The notes under the pieces are model-generated. The model ran no database searches. It was not told the origin of the DNA and saw nothing but the letters and a program-made list of their open reading frames with translations. This document shows, in pieces, positions 48,881 through 58,280 of a stretch of DNA of 64,000 nucleotides. The translations under genes were made by a program, and so were the position numbers. This DNA comes from a bacterium. GTDB lineage: Bacteria; UBP6; JAFGXH01. Within the stretch, counting starts at the first letter, position 1. Every line of letters begins with the position of its first letter. The stretch is from the NCBI GenBank assembly GCA_027064085.1, contig JAMOQH010000157.1:706-64705 (forward strand), in the 5' to 3' direction.

Positions 48881-49519
48881 ATGATTTTTAGAAAAGAAGA
48901 GTATAATAAAATAACGGCAATTCTTTTATTTCCTGAAAATCAAATTTGGAAAGATATTTTATATATTTTTACTCAAGAGCAAGAAAATCTAGAAACAGAT
49001 ATTGATAAGATATCAAATGTTTCTTTAGATACCATTGATGAATTAGAAAATGTAATTTTTTATAAAATTGAAAAATTTAATGGTGATCAGGATATTAAGT
49101 TATTTGAAATTGCTAAATATGTAATTAAATTTGTTGTTGAATTAGAAGAGTTTTTTGATACAGAACTTGAAAAGTCATGTCCTGAAGTAAGAATAATATA
49201 TAATATGATATTTAAAATAGGGATTGATACAATAAAGCAAAAAAGTTTTAAGAAAATAAGAGAAGTTGTTGAAAAGCAAGTAGAGTTAGAAATACAAGGT
49301 AATCATAATCCTAGTACAATCACTGCATTAAATTGTATTATTAATGCTACTGATAAAAACTTTAAATCTGCTTCATTTCATTCTATAAAAGAGGCTGTTA
49401 ATACTTGGATACCATATTTTATACAAGAATATTCAAGTTTTGGTCATGAAGACATAAATTTAATTATAAAAGCTTTAAAGTTTACATTTTTAAAATCAAT
49501 TATACCATTTTTAATATAA
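48881..49519 (+). CDS. hypothetical protein
   Basis: 212-aa ORF upstream of and co-oriented with the HDOD gene. No recognisable motif. Confidence 0.35.
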   Translation: MIFRKEEYNKITAILLFPENQIWKDILYIFTQEQENLETDIDKISNVSLDTIDELENVIFYKIEKFNGDQDIKLFEIAKYVIKFVVELEEFFDTELEKSCPEVRIIYNMIFKIGIDTIKQKSFKKIREVVEKQVELEIQGNHNPSTITALNCIINATDKNFKSASFHSIKEAVNTWIPYFIQEYSSFGHEDINLIIKALKFTFLKSIIPFLI

Positions 49520-49574
49520 ATATTTTGATTTTATCATAAAAATTCCGAGAACATATTGTTGAGAAGGAGGTTTT

Positions 49575-50600
49575 ATGAAAAATTTAATTAATGATTTAGA
49601 CCCAAATAAAAAAAATAAAAATTTATTATCCAAAGTGCTAGGTTTTATTAAAAATATAAATAAACAAGAAGATGAAAGCCAAATTCTTATAGATATTGAG
49701 AAGTATCATACCCTACAAGAAAATACTTTAAAAAATGCAAAAATTCCTATAGAAAAATTATTTCTTGACTACATTAAAACAAAATCACAAGAAGAAAGTT
49801 TTGATGTTCCTTCTTTTCCAAATATTATACTAGAATTAAATAAAGCAGTTGCAAACCCAAATAGTACTTTTTTGGTATTTTCTGATATAATTAAACTAGA
49901 CCCATCTTTAACTCTTAAAATCTTAAAACTTGCAAATTCTCCTATTTATAAAAAAAATAAAGATATTGTAAACCTGGAAGATGCCATTGGATTAATTGGC
50001 CTAAAAGCGACTAAAAACTTAATTTTAGCTGTAATAATGAAGGGAAGTTTATTTAAATCAGGATATTCTGAAAAAATTGCTCAAAAATTTTTTAAGGATG
50101 CACTTTTAACTGCTATTATTGCAGAAAATTTTGCAAAATTGCAACAACTAAATGAAAGTTTTTTATATACATTGGCATTGTTACATAATATTGGTGGAAT
50201 TGTAGCATTAAATTTAGCAAGTAATTTTATTAAAGAAAACAATATTGAATTATCTGAAAATGAATTAATTTTAAGAATTATAAAAAAATTTCAACTTCAG
50301 TTAACAAAAACAATTTTAAAAAAATGGAAATTTAATGATTTATATATTAAGGCTGTTGTTAATCAAGATGAGGAAAAAGAAGAAAAAGATAATGTATTAT
50401 CAAAAATTTTATATTTCTCTCAAACAGTGTCTAAATCTTTACTTTCAGGAGGCTTAAAGTCTTTAGATAAAGAAGGTTTAACGATATTTTATGATGAAAC
50501 ACTTAAAAATGCCAAATTAAAAATATTCTCAAGAACAGCAAGAATTATCATGAATGAATCTATAAGAGAGTTTGAAGTGGTTTCCAGATTTATTTCTTAA
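49575..50600 (+). CDS. HDOD-domain signalling protein
   Basis: 'FPNIILELNKAVANPNS...SDIIKLDPSLTLKILKLANSPIY...LEDAIGLIGLKATKNLILAV...LLHNIGGIVAL' follows the HDOD (HD-related output domain) pattern. Confidence 0.7.
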   Translation: MKNLINDLDPNKKNKNLLSKVLGFIKNINKQEDESQILIDIEKYHTLQENTLKNAKIPIEKLFLDYIKTKSQEESFDVPSFPNIILELNKAVANPNSTFLVFSDIIKLDPSLTLKILKLANSPIYKKNKDIVNLEDAIGLIGLKATKNLILAVIMKGSLFKSGYSEKIAQKFFKDALLTAIIAENFAKLQQLNESFLYTLALLHNIGGIVALNLASNFIKENNIELSENELILRIIKKFQLQLTKTILKKWKFNDLYIKAVVNQDEEKEEKDNVLSKILYFSQTVSKSLLSGGLKSLDKEGLTIFYDETLKNAKLKIFSRTARIIMNESIREFEVVSRFIS

Positions 50601-51267
50601 AGTATTTTTGAATTAGAAATTCAGCATAATCCAAATCATTTTGAGTTGTTATTTTTATATTATTTTTTTCTCCTTCAATGTAGAAAACTTGTTCTTTAAT
50701 ATTTTCAACTAATTCAGAATCATCAAAGTTAATGTTTTTAAGATTAATATTAGAGTATGCTTTTTTTATTATATTAGTATGGAATCCTTGTGGTGTTTGT
50801 ACGGAAATAAGGTTTTCTCGGTTTATGGTATTTATTATTTGATTATTTTTTACTTTTTTTATTGTATTTGTTAGTTTTAATGCAGGAATTATCGCATTAT
50901 GTATTTTTAATGCCTCTATTACTCTTTTTATAAGTATATTTGTTACAAATGGCCTTGCCCCATCATGAATAAGGGTATATGGATTTTTATTATCTAGTAT
51001 TTTTATAGCATTATTTATTGATTCAGCTCTAGAGCTTCCCCCAATTATGGGAATGATTTTATTACTTAATTTTTGATATTTATTTTTATTATATTCAAAC
51101 TCCAGTTGTGGCAAAACTAAATAAATTTTATCTACTAATTTAATGTTAATCCAAGTCAATAAGTTCATTTCTAAAATTTCTATCCCTTGTATTTTTACAA
51201 ATTGTTTAGGTGTTTTTTCTGAAAACCTTGATCCGCTACCTGCTGCCGGGATAATTAAATTAATCAT
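50590..51267 (-). CDS. ispD: 2-C-methyl-D-erythritol 4-phosphate cytidylyltransferase IspD
   Basis: 'MINLIIPAAGSGSRF' motif. 225 aa. 'IHDGARPFV' is also present. Confidence 0.85.
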   Translation of the reverse strand: MINLIIPAAGSGSRFSEKTPKQFVKIQGIEILEMNLLTWINIKLVDKIYLVLPQLEFEYNKNKYQKLSNKIIPIIGGSSRAESINNAIKILDNKNPYTLIHDGARPFVTNILIKRVIEALKIHNAIIPALKLTNTIKKVKNNQIINTINRENLISVQTPQGFHTNIIKKAYSNINLKNINFDDSELVENIKEQVFYIEGEKNNIKITTQNDLDYAEFLIQKYFKK

Positions 51268-51272
51268 TTATT

Positions 51273-51770
51273 TTACTTTAAGCACTCTTCTAATTTGATT
51301 TCAATTACAGATTTGTTTGAATTATCAGAAACAACTAATTCTTGTATTATTAATTCTTTAGCTTGTTTATATATTTTATCTTCACTAAATGATAATTTTT
51401 TACTCATTTTAGCAAAGCTTAATTCTTTTAAGATAGTTGCAACATCATAGATTGAGCCGTTTTTAAGTTTTTCAGTATATTCTCTTAATCTTTTATTCCA
51501 ATTACTTTTTTTTATTTCAAAATCTTTATCTCCAAGAAAATCAAAAATTTCTTTAACTTCTGTTTCTGGAATAGGGCGTCTTATTGATGTTTGATTACTA
51601 GTTGGAACCATAAATTCAACATCTTTATTAAATACTTTTAAAACATAATAATCAAGATTATTCCTTTCTACAATATTAATAATCTCTGCAACTCCTTGCC
51701 CTCTGAATATAACTCTTTCATTTAGTTGGTAATTAGTTTGAAACATTAAAGCCTCCATATAATGTACCAT
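51273..51770 (-). CDS. carD: CarD/CdnL-family RNA-polymerase-binding transcription factor
   Basis: N-terminal RNAP-interaction domain 'VIFRGQGVAEIINIVERNNLDYYVLKVFNKDVEFMVPTSN'. 165 aa. Lies immediately upstream of ispD, a synteny conserved in other lineages. Confidence 0.8.
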   Translation of the reverse strand: MVHYMEALMFQTNYQLNERVIFRGQGVAEIINIVERNNLDYYVLKVFNKDVEFMVPTSNQTSIRRPIPETEVKEIFDFLGDKDFEIKKSNWNKRLREYTEKLKNGSIYDVATILKELSFAKMSKKLSFSEDKIYKQAKELIIQELVVSDNSNKSVIEIKLEECLK

Positions 51771-51838
51771 ATTCTACTATAAAAATAGAAAAATGTCAAA
51801 TCACATTAAATTTTACTAGATTTTTTAAAGATAATCTG

Positions 51839-52654
51839 TTATAAAGGTAAATTTTTGAAAAACTTATTTGATAATTTTATATTTCTTACTGTTGATGCAA
51901 CATCATGAACTCTCAATATATTGGCACCATTTTTGTATGCAATGAATTCTGTAATTGAGTTTCCTTCAACTTGGTTTTCTCTTTTTTTATCATTTATTGT
52001 GTTAAAAATATAAGATTTATTAGAAGCCCCTAATAGAATAGGTAAATTGAACACTTTTAAATAGTTTAGTTTTGATATTATTTCAAAATTATTATCTATT
52101 GATTTACCAAAACCAATACCTGGATCAATAATAATATTTTCTCTTTTTATATTTTGACTTGTTAGCTCTATTATCCTTTTGTCAAAAAAAGAAATAATAT
52201 TGCTCATTACACCATTTGGGTAGTGATATTTTTTTTGCATTTCATTTGGTTTCCATGGAGAGTGCATTATAATGACTGGGAGATTGGAATTTGCAACAAT
52301 TTTAGTAGAATTTTTATCCCACATAAGCCCTGAGATATCGTTTATTATATCAATTCCTTCATTTATGGCACTTCTCATCAATTCTGACTTAGTTGTATCA
52401 ATAGAGAGTGTTATTTTAGGGAATTGTTTTCGTATTTCTTTTAATATTGGTATCACTCTATTGGTTTCTTCTTTTAGGGATACAGGTTTTGCAGATGGTT
52501 TTGTTGATTCTCCGCCTATATCTATAATATCAGCACCACTTTCTATTAAGTTTTCAGTATGTTTTAATGCCTTAGTTATAGAATTATGTTTAGCTCCATC
52601 AAAAAAAGAATCTGGAGTTAAATTTAAAATTCCCATAATTTGAATATTTTTCAT
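51839..52654 (-). CDS. folP: dihydropteroate synthase FolP
   Basis: 'IMGILNLTPDSFFDGAKH', 'GADIIDIGGESTKP', 'SIDTTKSE', 'DIINDISG', 'IIDPGIGFGK'. Confidence 0.9.
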   Translation of the reverse strand: MKNIQIMGILNLTPDSFFDGAKHNSITKALKHTENLIESGADIIDIGGESTKPSAKPVSLKEETNRVIPILKEIRKQFPKITLSIDTTKSELMRSAINEGIDIINDISGLMWDKNSTKIVANSNLPVIIMHSPWKPNEMQKKYHYPNGVMSNIISFFDKRIIELTSQNIKRENIIIDPGIGFGKSIDNNFEIISKLNYLKVFNLPILLGASNKSYIFNTINDKKRENQVEGNSITEFIAYKNGANILRVHDVASTVRNIKLSNKFFKNLPL

Positions 52655-52691
52655 AATGCTACCAATTAAATTATAAGGAAAAAATAGAAAG

Positions 52692-52764
52692 TGCCCAGGG
52701 TCGGAATCGAACCAACGACACGGGGATTTTCAGTCCCCTGCTCTACCGACTGAGCTACCTGGGC
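52692..52764 (-). tRNA. tRNA-Phe (anticodon GAA)
   Basis: The reverse complement GCCCAGGTAGCTCAGTCGGTAGAGCAGGGGACTGAAAATCCCCGTGTCGTTGGTTCGATTCCGACCCTGGGCA folds as a cloverleaf: a 7-bp acceptor stem, D-loop AGTCGGTA, anticodon loop CTGAAAA (GAA), T-loop TTCGATT. CCA is not encoded. Confidence 0.9.
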
Positions 52765-52834
52765 ACGTGTGAATATGTATATATACTTTTTATAAGATAA
52801 TGTCAATACTTTTTTTAAAAATCTTATATTTTTT

Positions 52835-53245
52835 TTACGAAACAAACCATTTGTCAATAATGTTTTTTTCAGCATACTTTGTTAGTTCATTTTTAGATTT
52901 TTCTGTTCCTGCAATAAATTTAATCCCTAATTTAAGAGATTTACCATCATCAGAAAGGGTTGTGTTTGTTACTTGTCCTGCAACTGTAATAATTCCAGCA
53001 TTACTTTCAGGTACAGAAAAAGACATTAAAAGTTCTGTTCCTACATCATAAGGGACTCTGCTTTCTAAAGAAATACCATTGTCACTAACATCATTTGCTT
53101 TTAATATTGTCATTGAGGTTTCTGTTTCTGCTTCAACAACAGCATTAATAGGTACTCTGTCTGATTTTCTTCTTGAAACTCTTTTTACTACCTTAATTTT
53201 GTTATTAACTTCAATTAAGTCTATGATATTCTTCCTTCTTTCCAT
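52835..53245 (-). CDS. PilZ-domain c-di-GMP-binding protein
   Basis: 'RRKSDRVPI' (RxxxR) and 'DVSDNGISL' (D/NxSxxG) PilZ motifs. 136 aa. Divergent from the MCP gene. Confidence 0.7.
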   Translation of the reverse strand: MERRKNIIDLIEVNNKIKVVKRVSRRKSDRVPINAVVEAETETSMTILKANDVSDNGISLESRVPYDVGTELLMSFSVPESNAGIITVAGQVTNTTLSDDGKSLKLGIKFIAGTEKSKNELTKYAEKNIIDKWFVS

Positions 53246-53387
53246 GATTACCTCCTATCAGTATTTTTATAATAATAAAGTAAGTTGTAAAAAATCAATT
53301 TTTTGAATAAAAAAAGAAAAATTACTTTATAGCTTTATAGAAAAATCCGAATAAAAAGTAATATGCCATTATAGAAGGAGTACAATT

Positions 53388-55595
53388 ATGAGCTTTTTTA
53401 AAAACCTTAAGATACAATATCAAATGATAATACCAGTAATATTTATATTTTTATTGGTAATTATAGCTAGAATTATTACAGGACAAGCAAATTTAACTAA
53501 TTTAGGAGATATTATTATTTCTGAAACAATAGTTAATATGCCTGAAAAAATAAAAAGTGATATTGATGCTAAAATAAAGGTAACTGCAGAGAGAGCTAGT
53601 TTATTATCTGAAAATAGAAAGTTAATTGAATTATTTAATGATGCAGAATATGCTAAAGATGGAGAAAAAGAAGAAAAAAGAAAAAAATTTACTGATTATT
53701 TAGACTCTATTATTGCTAGAATAAAGGAAATGTCAGATGAAAAAACTGTTAAAATACATTTTCATACAGCAGATGTTAAATCATTTTATAGAGCTTGGAA
53801 AAAAAATAAACATGGAGATGATTTAAGTAGTTTTAGAAAAACAATCATAGATGCGAATAAAACCAAAAAAATAGTAAAAGGTATGGAAGTAGGGAAAGGA
53901 GCTATTCCTGTTAGAGCAATAGTACCAATACAATACAAAGGAAAATGGATAGGAACATTTGAGTATATGGAAGACATAAGGCCATTATTTAAAAACGAAA
54001 AAACAGAAAATATGACAGTTGCTTTTTTTGTTGATTCAAAAACAATGAAAGGAGCCCATAGAGAACTTAAAGAGAGTGAAAGATTTGGAGATTTGTATCT
54101 AACAACTAGCAATAATGATAAAATTTTAAAAAAGCATAAAAAATTATTTACTCAAATTATAAAAAAAGCATATATTGGCAAAAAAGAAACTTTAAATGAA
54201 AATGATGACTATATTACTGCAAGACCATATAAAGATTACTCAGGTAATATTATAGGGGTTATTTTAGTTCATTATGATAAACATGAAGTTATTAAGGCCA
54301 AAACTTCTGTTATGAAGAAAACTCTTATGTCTGCAATGGTTGCAATTAGTATTATTTTTATTCTTTTGTTTTTTATTTCCAGATTAATATCAAAACCAAT
54401 TTTGAATTTAAAAAGCTTTTTTGAAATTGCTTCTAGTGGAAAAGCTGATTTGACATTAAGGTTAAATGAAGTTTCTAATAGTAATAATGAAATAAATGAA
54501 GTTTCTATATTTTTTAATAAATTTATTTCTAATTTGCAAAAAATGATAATAGATTTAAACAGTAATGCTAGAAACTTAAATAAATCATCAGATATTTTAA
54601 AATCTGAAAGTATTGAAATGAAGGAAGGAAATAAAAATAATAATGAAATAACTAAACAAGTAAAAGATAAATTAGAAAATATAAATAGTAAAAACACAAA
54701 AATGACTAAAGAGTTAAATACAGCAACTTCGGATATAAATAATTTAGAAAATAAATTACAAAAAATTAATAGTTCGTTTAAAGAAATTGAGCAAGACTCT
54801 AATAATATAAAAGATATGACTTTAAGTGTGTCATCGGCAATAGAAGAAATGAATGCCACAATTAATGAAATATCATCAAATACAGTACAGGCAAGTGCTC
54901 TTTCTCAAAAAGCCTCAGAAAACGGAAAAGAAACAACCAAATTAATGAAAGAATTAAATCGTTCTACACAATCAATAACTGATATTGTAACTTTAATTGA
55001 AGAAATTGCTAGTCAAACTAATTTACTTGCCTTAAATGCAACTATAGAAGCTGCAAGTGCAGGAGAAGCAGGTAAGGGGTTTGCTGTTGTTGCTAATGAA
55101 ATTAAAAATCTAGCAAATCAAACAGCAGATGCAACTAAAAAAATATCACAACAGGTTGGTGGGATACAAACTGAAATGGAGAAATCTGTAGAGCATATTA
55201 TCAATATGTCTGATGATATTGAAAGTGTTAATCATGTTAATATTAATATTGCATCAGCTATAGAGCAACAAAACTCAACTATTGCTGAAATATCAAATAA
55301 TGTGCAACAAACATTGACAGCAGTTAATAATAGTACTGGTAACATTAAAGAAGTAGCTATCGAAATTGATGATGCCTCTGAAAAGATAGATTATATAACA
55401 GAAAATGTAAATAATATTATGCATAAAACTACTGAAATAAATGAAGAGCTTGGTAATTCTATGGATTCGGTTATAGAAGCAAGTAACTTATCTATTAAGT
55501 TGTATGAAAAGAGTGAATCTGTTTATGATAAATCTAATGAAACATCAGCTTTATCAGAAAATTTAAATGAAATTGTTAAAAAGTTTAAATTTTAA
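53388..55595 (+). CDS. methyl-accepting chemotaxis protein (Cache-like sensor + HAMP + MCP signalling domain)
   Basis: An N-terminal TM helix, a ~270-aa periplasmic domain and a second TM helix. HAMP present. Highly conserved signalling core '[41 protein letters not shown]'. Confidence 0.9.
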   Translation: MSFFKNLKIQYQMIIPVIFIFLLVIIARIITGQANLTNLGDIIISETIVNMPEKIKSDIDAKIKVTAERASLLSENRKLIELFNDAEYAKDGEKEEKRKKFTDYLDSIIARIKEMSDEKTVKIHFHTADVKSFYRAWKKNKHGDDLSSFRKTIIDANKTKKIVKGMEVGKGAIPVRAIVPIQYKGKWIGTFEYMEDIRPLFKNEKTENMTVAFFVDSKTMKGAHRELKESERFGDLYLTTSNNDKILKKHKKLFTQIIKKAYIGKKETLNENDDYITARPYKDYSGNIIGVILVHYDKHEVIKAKTSVMKKTLMSAMVAISIIFILLFFISRLISKPILNLKSFFEIASSGKADLTLRLNEVSNSNNEINEVSIFFNKFISNLQKMIIDLNSNARNLNKSSDILKSESIEMKEGNKNNNEITKQVKDKLENINSKNTKMTKELNTATSDINNLENKLQKINSSFKEIEQDSNNIKDMTLSVSSAIEEMNATINEISSNTVQASALSQKASENGKETTKLMKELNRSTQSITDIVTLIEEIASQTNLLALNATIEAASAGEAGKGFAVVANEIKNLANQTADATKKISQQVGGIQTEMEKSVEHIINMSDDIESVNHVNINIASAIEQQNSTIAEISNNVQQTLTAVNNSTGNIKEVAIEIDDASEKIDYITENVNNIMHKTTEINEELGNSMDSVIEASNLSIKLYEKSESVYDKSNETSALSENLNEIVKKFKF

Positions 55596-55811
55596 TTATT
55601 TTTTAATAACTTTAACTTTAACCTTTTTTTTAGTTTTGGTTTTAACTTTAACGCCTTTGTCATCTTTTTTAATTGTTGTTTTTTTAGTTTTAACTTTAAC
55701 ATTATCATTATCTGTTTTTACAACAACTTTTTTAGTTTTAACAACAGTTTTACCTGCATAAATTGTAGATACTGCAAATAATGCTACTAATCCAATCATA
55801 ATTGCTTTCAT
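55596..55811 (-). CDS. small secreted Lys/Val-rich repeat protein, hypothetical
   Basis: Signal peptide 'MKAIMIGLVALFAVSTIYAG', then 'KTVVKTKKVVVKTDNDNVKVKTKKTTIKKDDKGVKVKTKTKKKVKVKVIKK'. A GGAGG RBS lies 5 nt upstream of this ATG (the track ORF starts 12 nt further upstream at 55823). Confidence 0.4.
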   Translation of the reverse strand: MKAIMIGLVALFAVSTIYAGKTVVKTKKVVVKTDNDNVKVKTKKTTIKKDDKGVKVKTKTKKKVKVKVIKK

Positions 55812-55909
55812 ACTTTCCTCCAAAAAATAAATATGAGATAATATCTATACATAAAATTGCTATAAAATCAAATAATTATGAGTTTTTAGAGTAAAAATGA
55901 ATAAAATTA

Positions 55910-58270
55910 TTAAAACCAGTTGTTATATATCATGTTTATCCCAAAAAATAGATTATATGAATAAGACCAATTTTTTTCTTTTTCTTTATAAGCATAAGAA
56001 TCTATTTTTGTAGAAAAATGAAAAAATCCTAATATTGGAATATTTATATTAAATAAAAAATTTGCTATATTTGTTTGATTAAATCCAAGGAAATAATCAA
56101 GTTTAGATGTTATTTTAATTGGAATATCTAAACTTTTAATTTCATAGTTGTTTAAGTTATATCCAATAATTGAACCTAATAAAATATCATCATCTTTTCT
56201 GAAATCTTTAGAACCTTGTAAGCCTAGTTTAAATTCAAATTTATTATCAGAAGAAAGAAATGATATTCCACTTGAGAAAAATAATTCAAAATAGTGTTTT
56301 TCTTCTATTTTGGGTTTTGTCAATTCACTGTTAAGTTTACTTTCTAAAAATGGAAGTGGGATTAATATGTTATTCTGATTATTTATTTTAAAGTAATTAC
56401 TTTTGTAATTAAAAGCATAACTTATTGTGTCATTACTTTCCATAAATTCAGTATTATTTTCATTAGATTGATAGTAATGTAATTCAAATCTATTTTCAAT
56501 TATATGATATTTAGAACTTCCAATAAGATTAATATTTGAATCTAGTTTTAATAATTCTGTTGGAGTTGTATCAAATCTAGGCTTACTATATACGGAGTCA
56601 TTGGATACATCATTTTTTATATAGTAGATTCCTAAATTACTATAAAATTCCCATAAAAACCTTTTAGATAAGTCTTCAAATTCAATACTAGGATTAAAAA
56701 AAGAGTTTTTCTTTTTAAATTTTTCTTTTTTTAAATAATTTTTAAATATGTTTTTTATTCTACCATAATACTTCTTCTTTTTAATAAAAAATTCATCTTT
56801 AAAAAATCCATCACCACCATTTACAATAAATTCAGTTGTTACTACTTTGTATTTTTTTTTATCAATAATATTACGGCCATTAATTTTAATATTTTTGCCA
56901 AAATTTATATTTGTAAAAAGGAGTTTATTTTTATTTTTTTTTAAGAATTTTTTTAGTAATTTTCCTTTTATTCTGAAACTTGCGATTTTATTGTTATAAG
57001 TGATCGATTTTTCTATAGTATCGTATGTGAGTTTATTTATAGGGAAAGGTTTATTATTGAAATTACCTTCATTAATCATAGCTATTTCACTGTTTGTTTT
57101 CATAATCATTAATTTTAAAATAAAACTATAAAATGTTTTAAAAGAAAGAGATTTTATCTTCATATTATTTATAGGTAAATCATATTTTTTAAAATACTGT
57201 TTTCTATAGTTTTCTAAGATTTTTTTAAAAATAATGGAAACTTTTGATTTGTATTTAAATTTCTTGTTTAAATTTTCAATATTTTTTATTTGAAATTTAT
57301 TATTTATCTTTTTGATTTTTAATAGTAATAAATTAGGGGTATATCTATCAGGATTTGCTCCTATTATATAGATGTCATTATTATATCTTCTTATTAACCT
57401 TGTGTTTTCAGCATTACTAATTATTAAATCTATATTTTTTAATTTTTCAGATAAATTCATTGTTTTTTTAGGAGAAGTCTCCTTGTCTTCTACCTGAGCT
57501 AAAAGAATAATTACATCAACGCCCTTTTTTTCTTTTAAATATTTTGCTAGTTTATTAGTTTGCTTTATTTCTGGTAAAATATTCATATTTTTAATAGATT
57601 TATAAAATGCTTTTTTCATAATAGTATGTGAAACGACTGAAATTATTCCAATTTTTACATTATTTATTTTAAGAATTCTGTATTTTCTGTTTTTAGTTAA
57701 TTTACAAAGTGGTAAATTTTGAGAATTAGTGCAATTCATATTTGATGATAAAAACGGAAGGCTCATAATTTTTTTATTTTGAGATAGTTTTTTCATTATA
57801 TTATAGGGAGTATAAAAATCCTTTTTTCCTATATTTATTATGTCAAAATTATTTTCTTTAAGTAATGAATATACAAAATCTATGCCTTTAGGTTGTTGTA
57901 ATAAAAACTTAATTGAAATACTTGGCCAAAAACTTGCTCCGTTATTTAGAGTAATAGGTTTTTCCCAGTTATTAATTAGAGGTAATATATTTTGGTAATA
58001 TTTTATTTTTCCGAGTAGGTTATAGTAGCTATTTTTTTGAGTTTTATCTATGTTTATAAAACGGCCTTCAAAATCGGATATATATATAATGGGTATATTT
58101 ATTATTTTTTCTTTTTCTCCCCTAGCTTGAGTTGTTATTCCCGTAGAATAAGGTATCGCCTTATCCATACTATGATCAGGAGATTTAGAAATTTGATGTG
58201 TTACATCACTATTGGGTAAAGCCCAAACTATAATATTTAATAAAAACAAACTGATTACTAGTTTTATCAT
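55910..58270 (-). CDS. 5'-nucleotidase/UshA-fold family protein with degenerate metal-binding motifs and a C-terminal beta-barrel-like extension
   Basis: Signal peptide 'MIKLVISLFLLNIIVWALP'. Start placed at this Met (the track ORF starts 42 nt upstream at 58312 and would overlap the next gene). UshA-like blocks 'IIYISDFEG' (cf. TNDHHG), 'FDIINIGKKDF' (cf. AIGNHEFD), 'LPFLSSNM' (cf. PLLSANI), 'VVTTEFIVNGGDGF'. The last ~270 aa show alternating beta-strand character and end in '...NNWF'. Confidence 0.45.
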   Translation of the reverse strand: MIKLVISLFLLNIIVWALPNSDVTHQISKSPDHSMDKAIPYSTGITTQARGEKEKIINIPIIYISDFEGRFINIDKTQKNSYYNLLGKIKYYQNILPLINNWEKPITLNNGASFWPSISIKFLLQQPKGIDFVYSLLKENNFDIINIGKKDFYTPYNIMKKLSQNKKIMSLPFLSSNMNCTNSQNLPLCKLTKNRKYRILKINNVKIGIISVVSHTIMKKAFYKSIKNMNILPEIKQTNKLAKYLKEKKGVDVIILLAQVEDKETSPKKTMNLSEKLKNIDLIISNAENTRLIRRYNNDIYIIGANPDRYTPNLLLLKIKKINNKFQIKNIENLNKKFKYKSKVSIIFKKILENYRKQYFKKYDLPINNMKIKSLSFKTFYSFILKLMIMKTNSEIAMINEGNFNNKPFPINKLTYDTIEKSITYNNKIASFRIKGKLLKKFLKKNKNKLLFTNINFGKNIKINGRNIIDKKKYKVVTTEFIVNGGDGFFKDEFFIKKKKYYGRIKNIFKNYLKKEKFKKKNSFFNPSIEFEDLSKRFLWEFYSNLGIYYIKNDVSNDSVYSKPRFDTTPTELLKLDSNINLIGSSKYHIIENRFELHYYQSNENNTEFMESNDTISYAFNYKSNYFKINNQNNILIPLPFLESKLNSELTKPKIEEKHYFELFFSSGISFLSSDNKFEFKLGLQGSKDFRKDDDILLGSIIGYNLNNYEIKSLDIPIKITSKLDYFLGFNQTNIANFLFNINIPILGFFHFSTKIDSYAYKEKEKNWSYSYNLFFGINMIYNNWF

Positions 58271-58280
58271 AAAAACCTCT

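Noticed and set aside
52272-52643. 123-aa plus-strand ORF
   Set aside because: Antisense inside folP.
52666-52875. 69-aa minus-strand ORF
   Set aside because: It is read straight through the tRNA-Phe gene (52692-52764). The tRNA cloverleaf is unambiguous, so the ORF is spurious.
52800-53306. ORFs 52800-53051(+) and 53079-53306(+)
   Set aside because: Antisense to the PilZ gene and its upstream region.
53786-54859. ORFs 53786-54112(-) and 54272-54859(-)
   Set aside because: Antisense inside the MCP gene. The Phe/Leu/Ser/Ile-rich translation is the complement of Lys/Glu/Asn-rich coding sequence.
55567-55761. 64-aa plus-strand ORF overlapping the K/V-rich mini-gene
   Set aside because: Its translation 'LTLTFFLVLVLTLTPL...' is the complement-frame image of the Lys/Val repeats. 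The minus-strand ORF has an RBS and a signal peptide, so it is preferred, though neither is proven.
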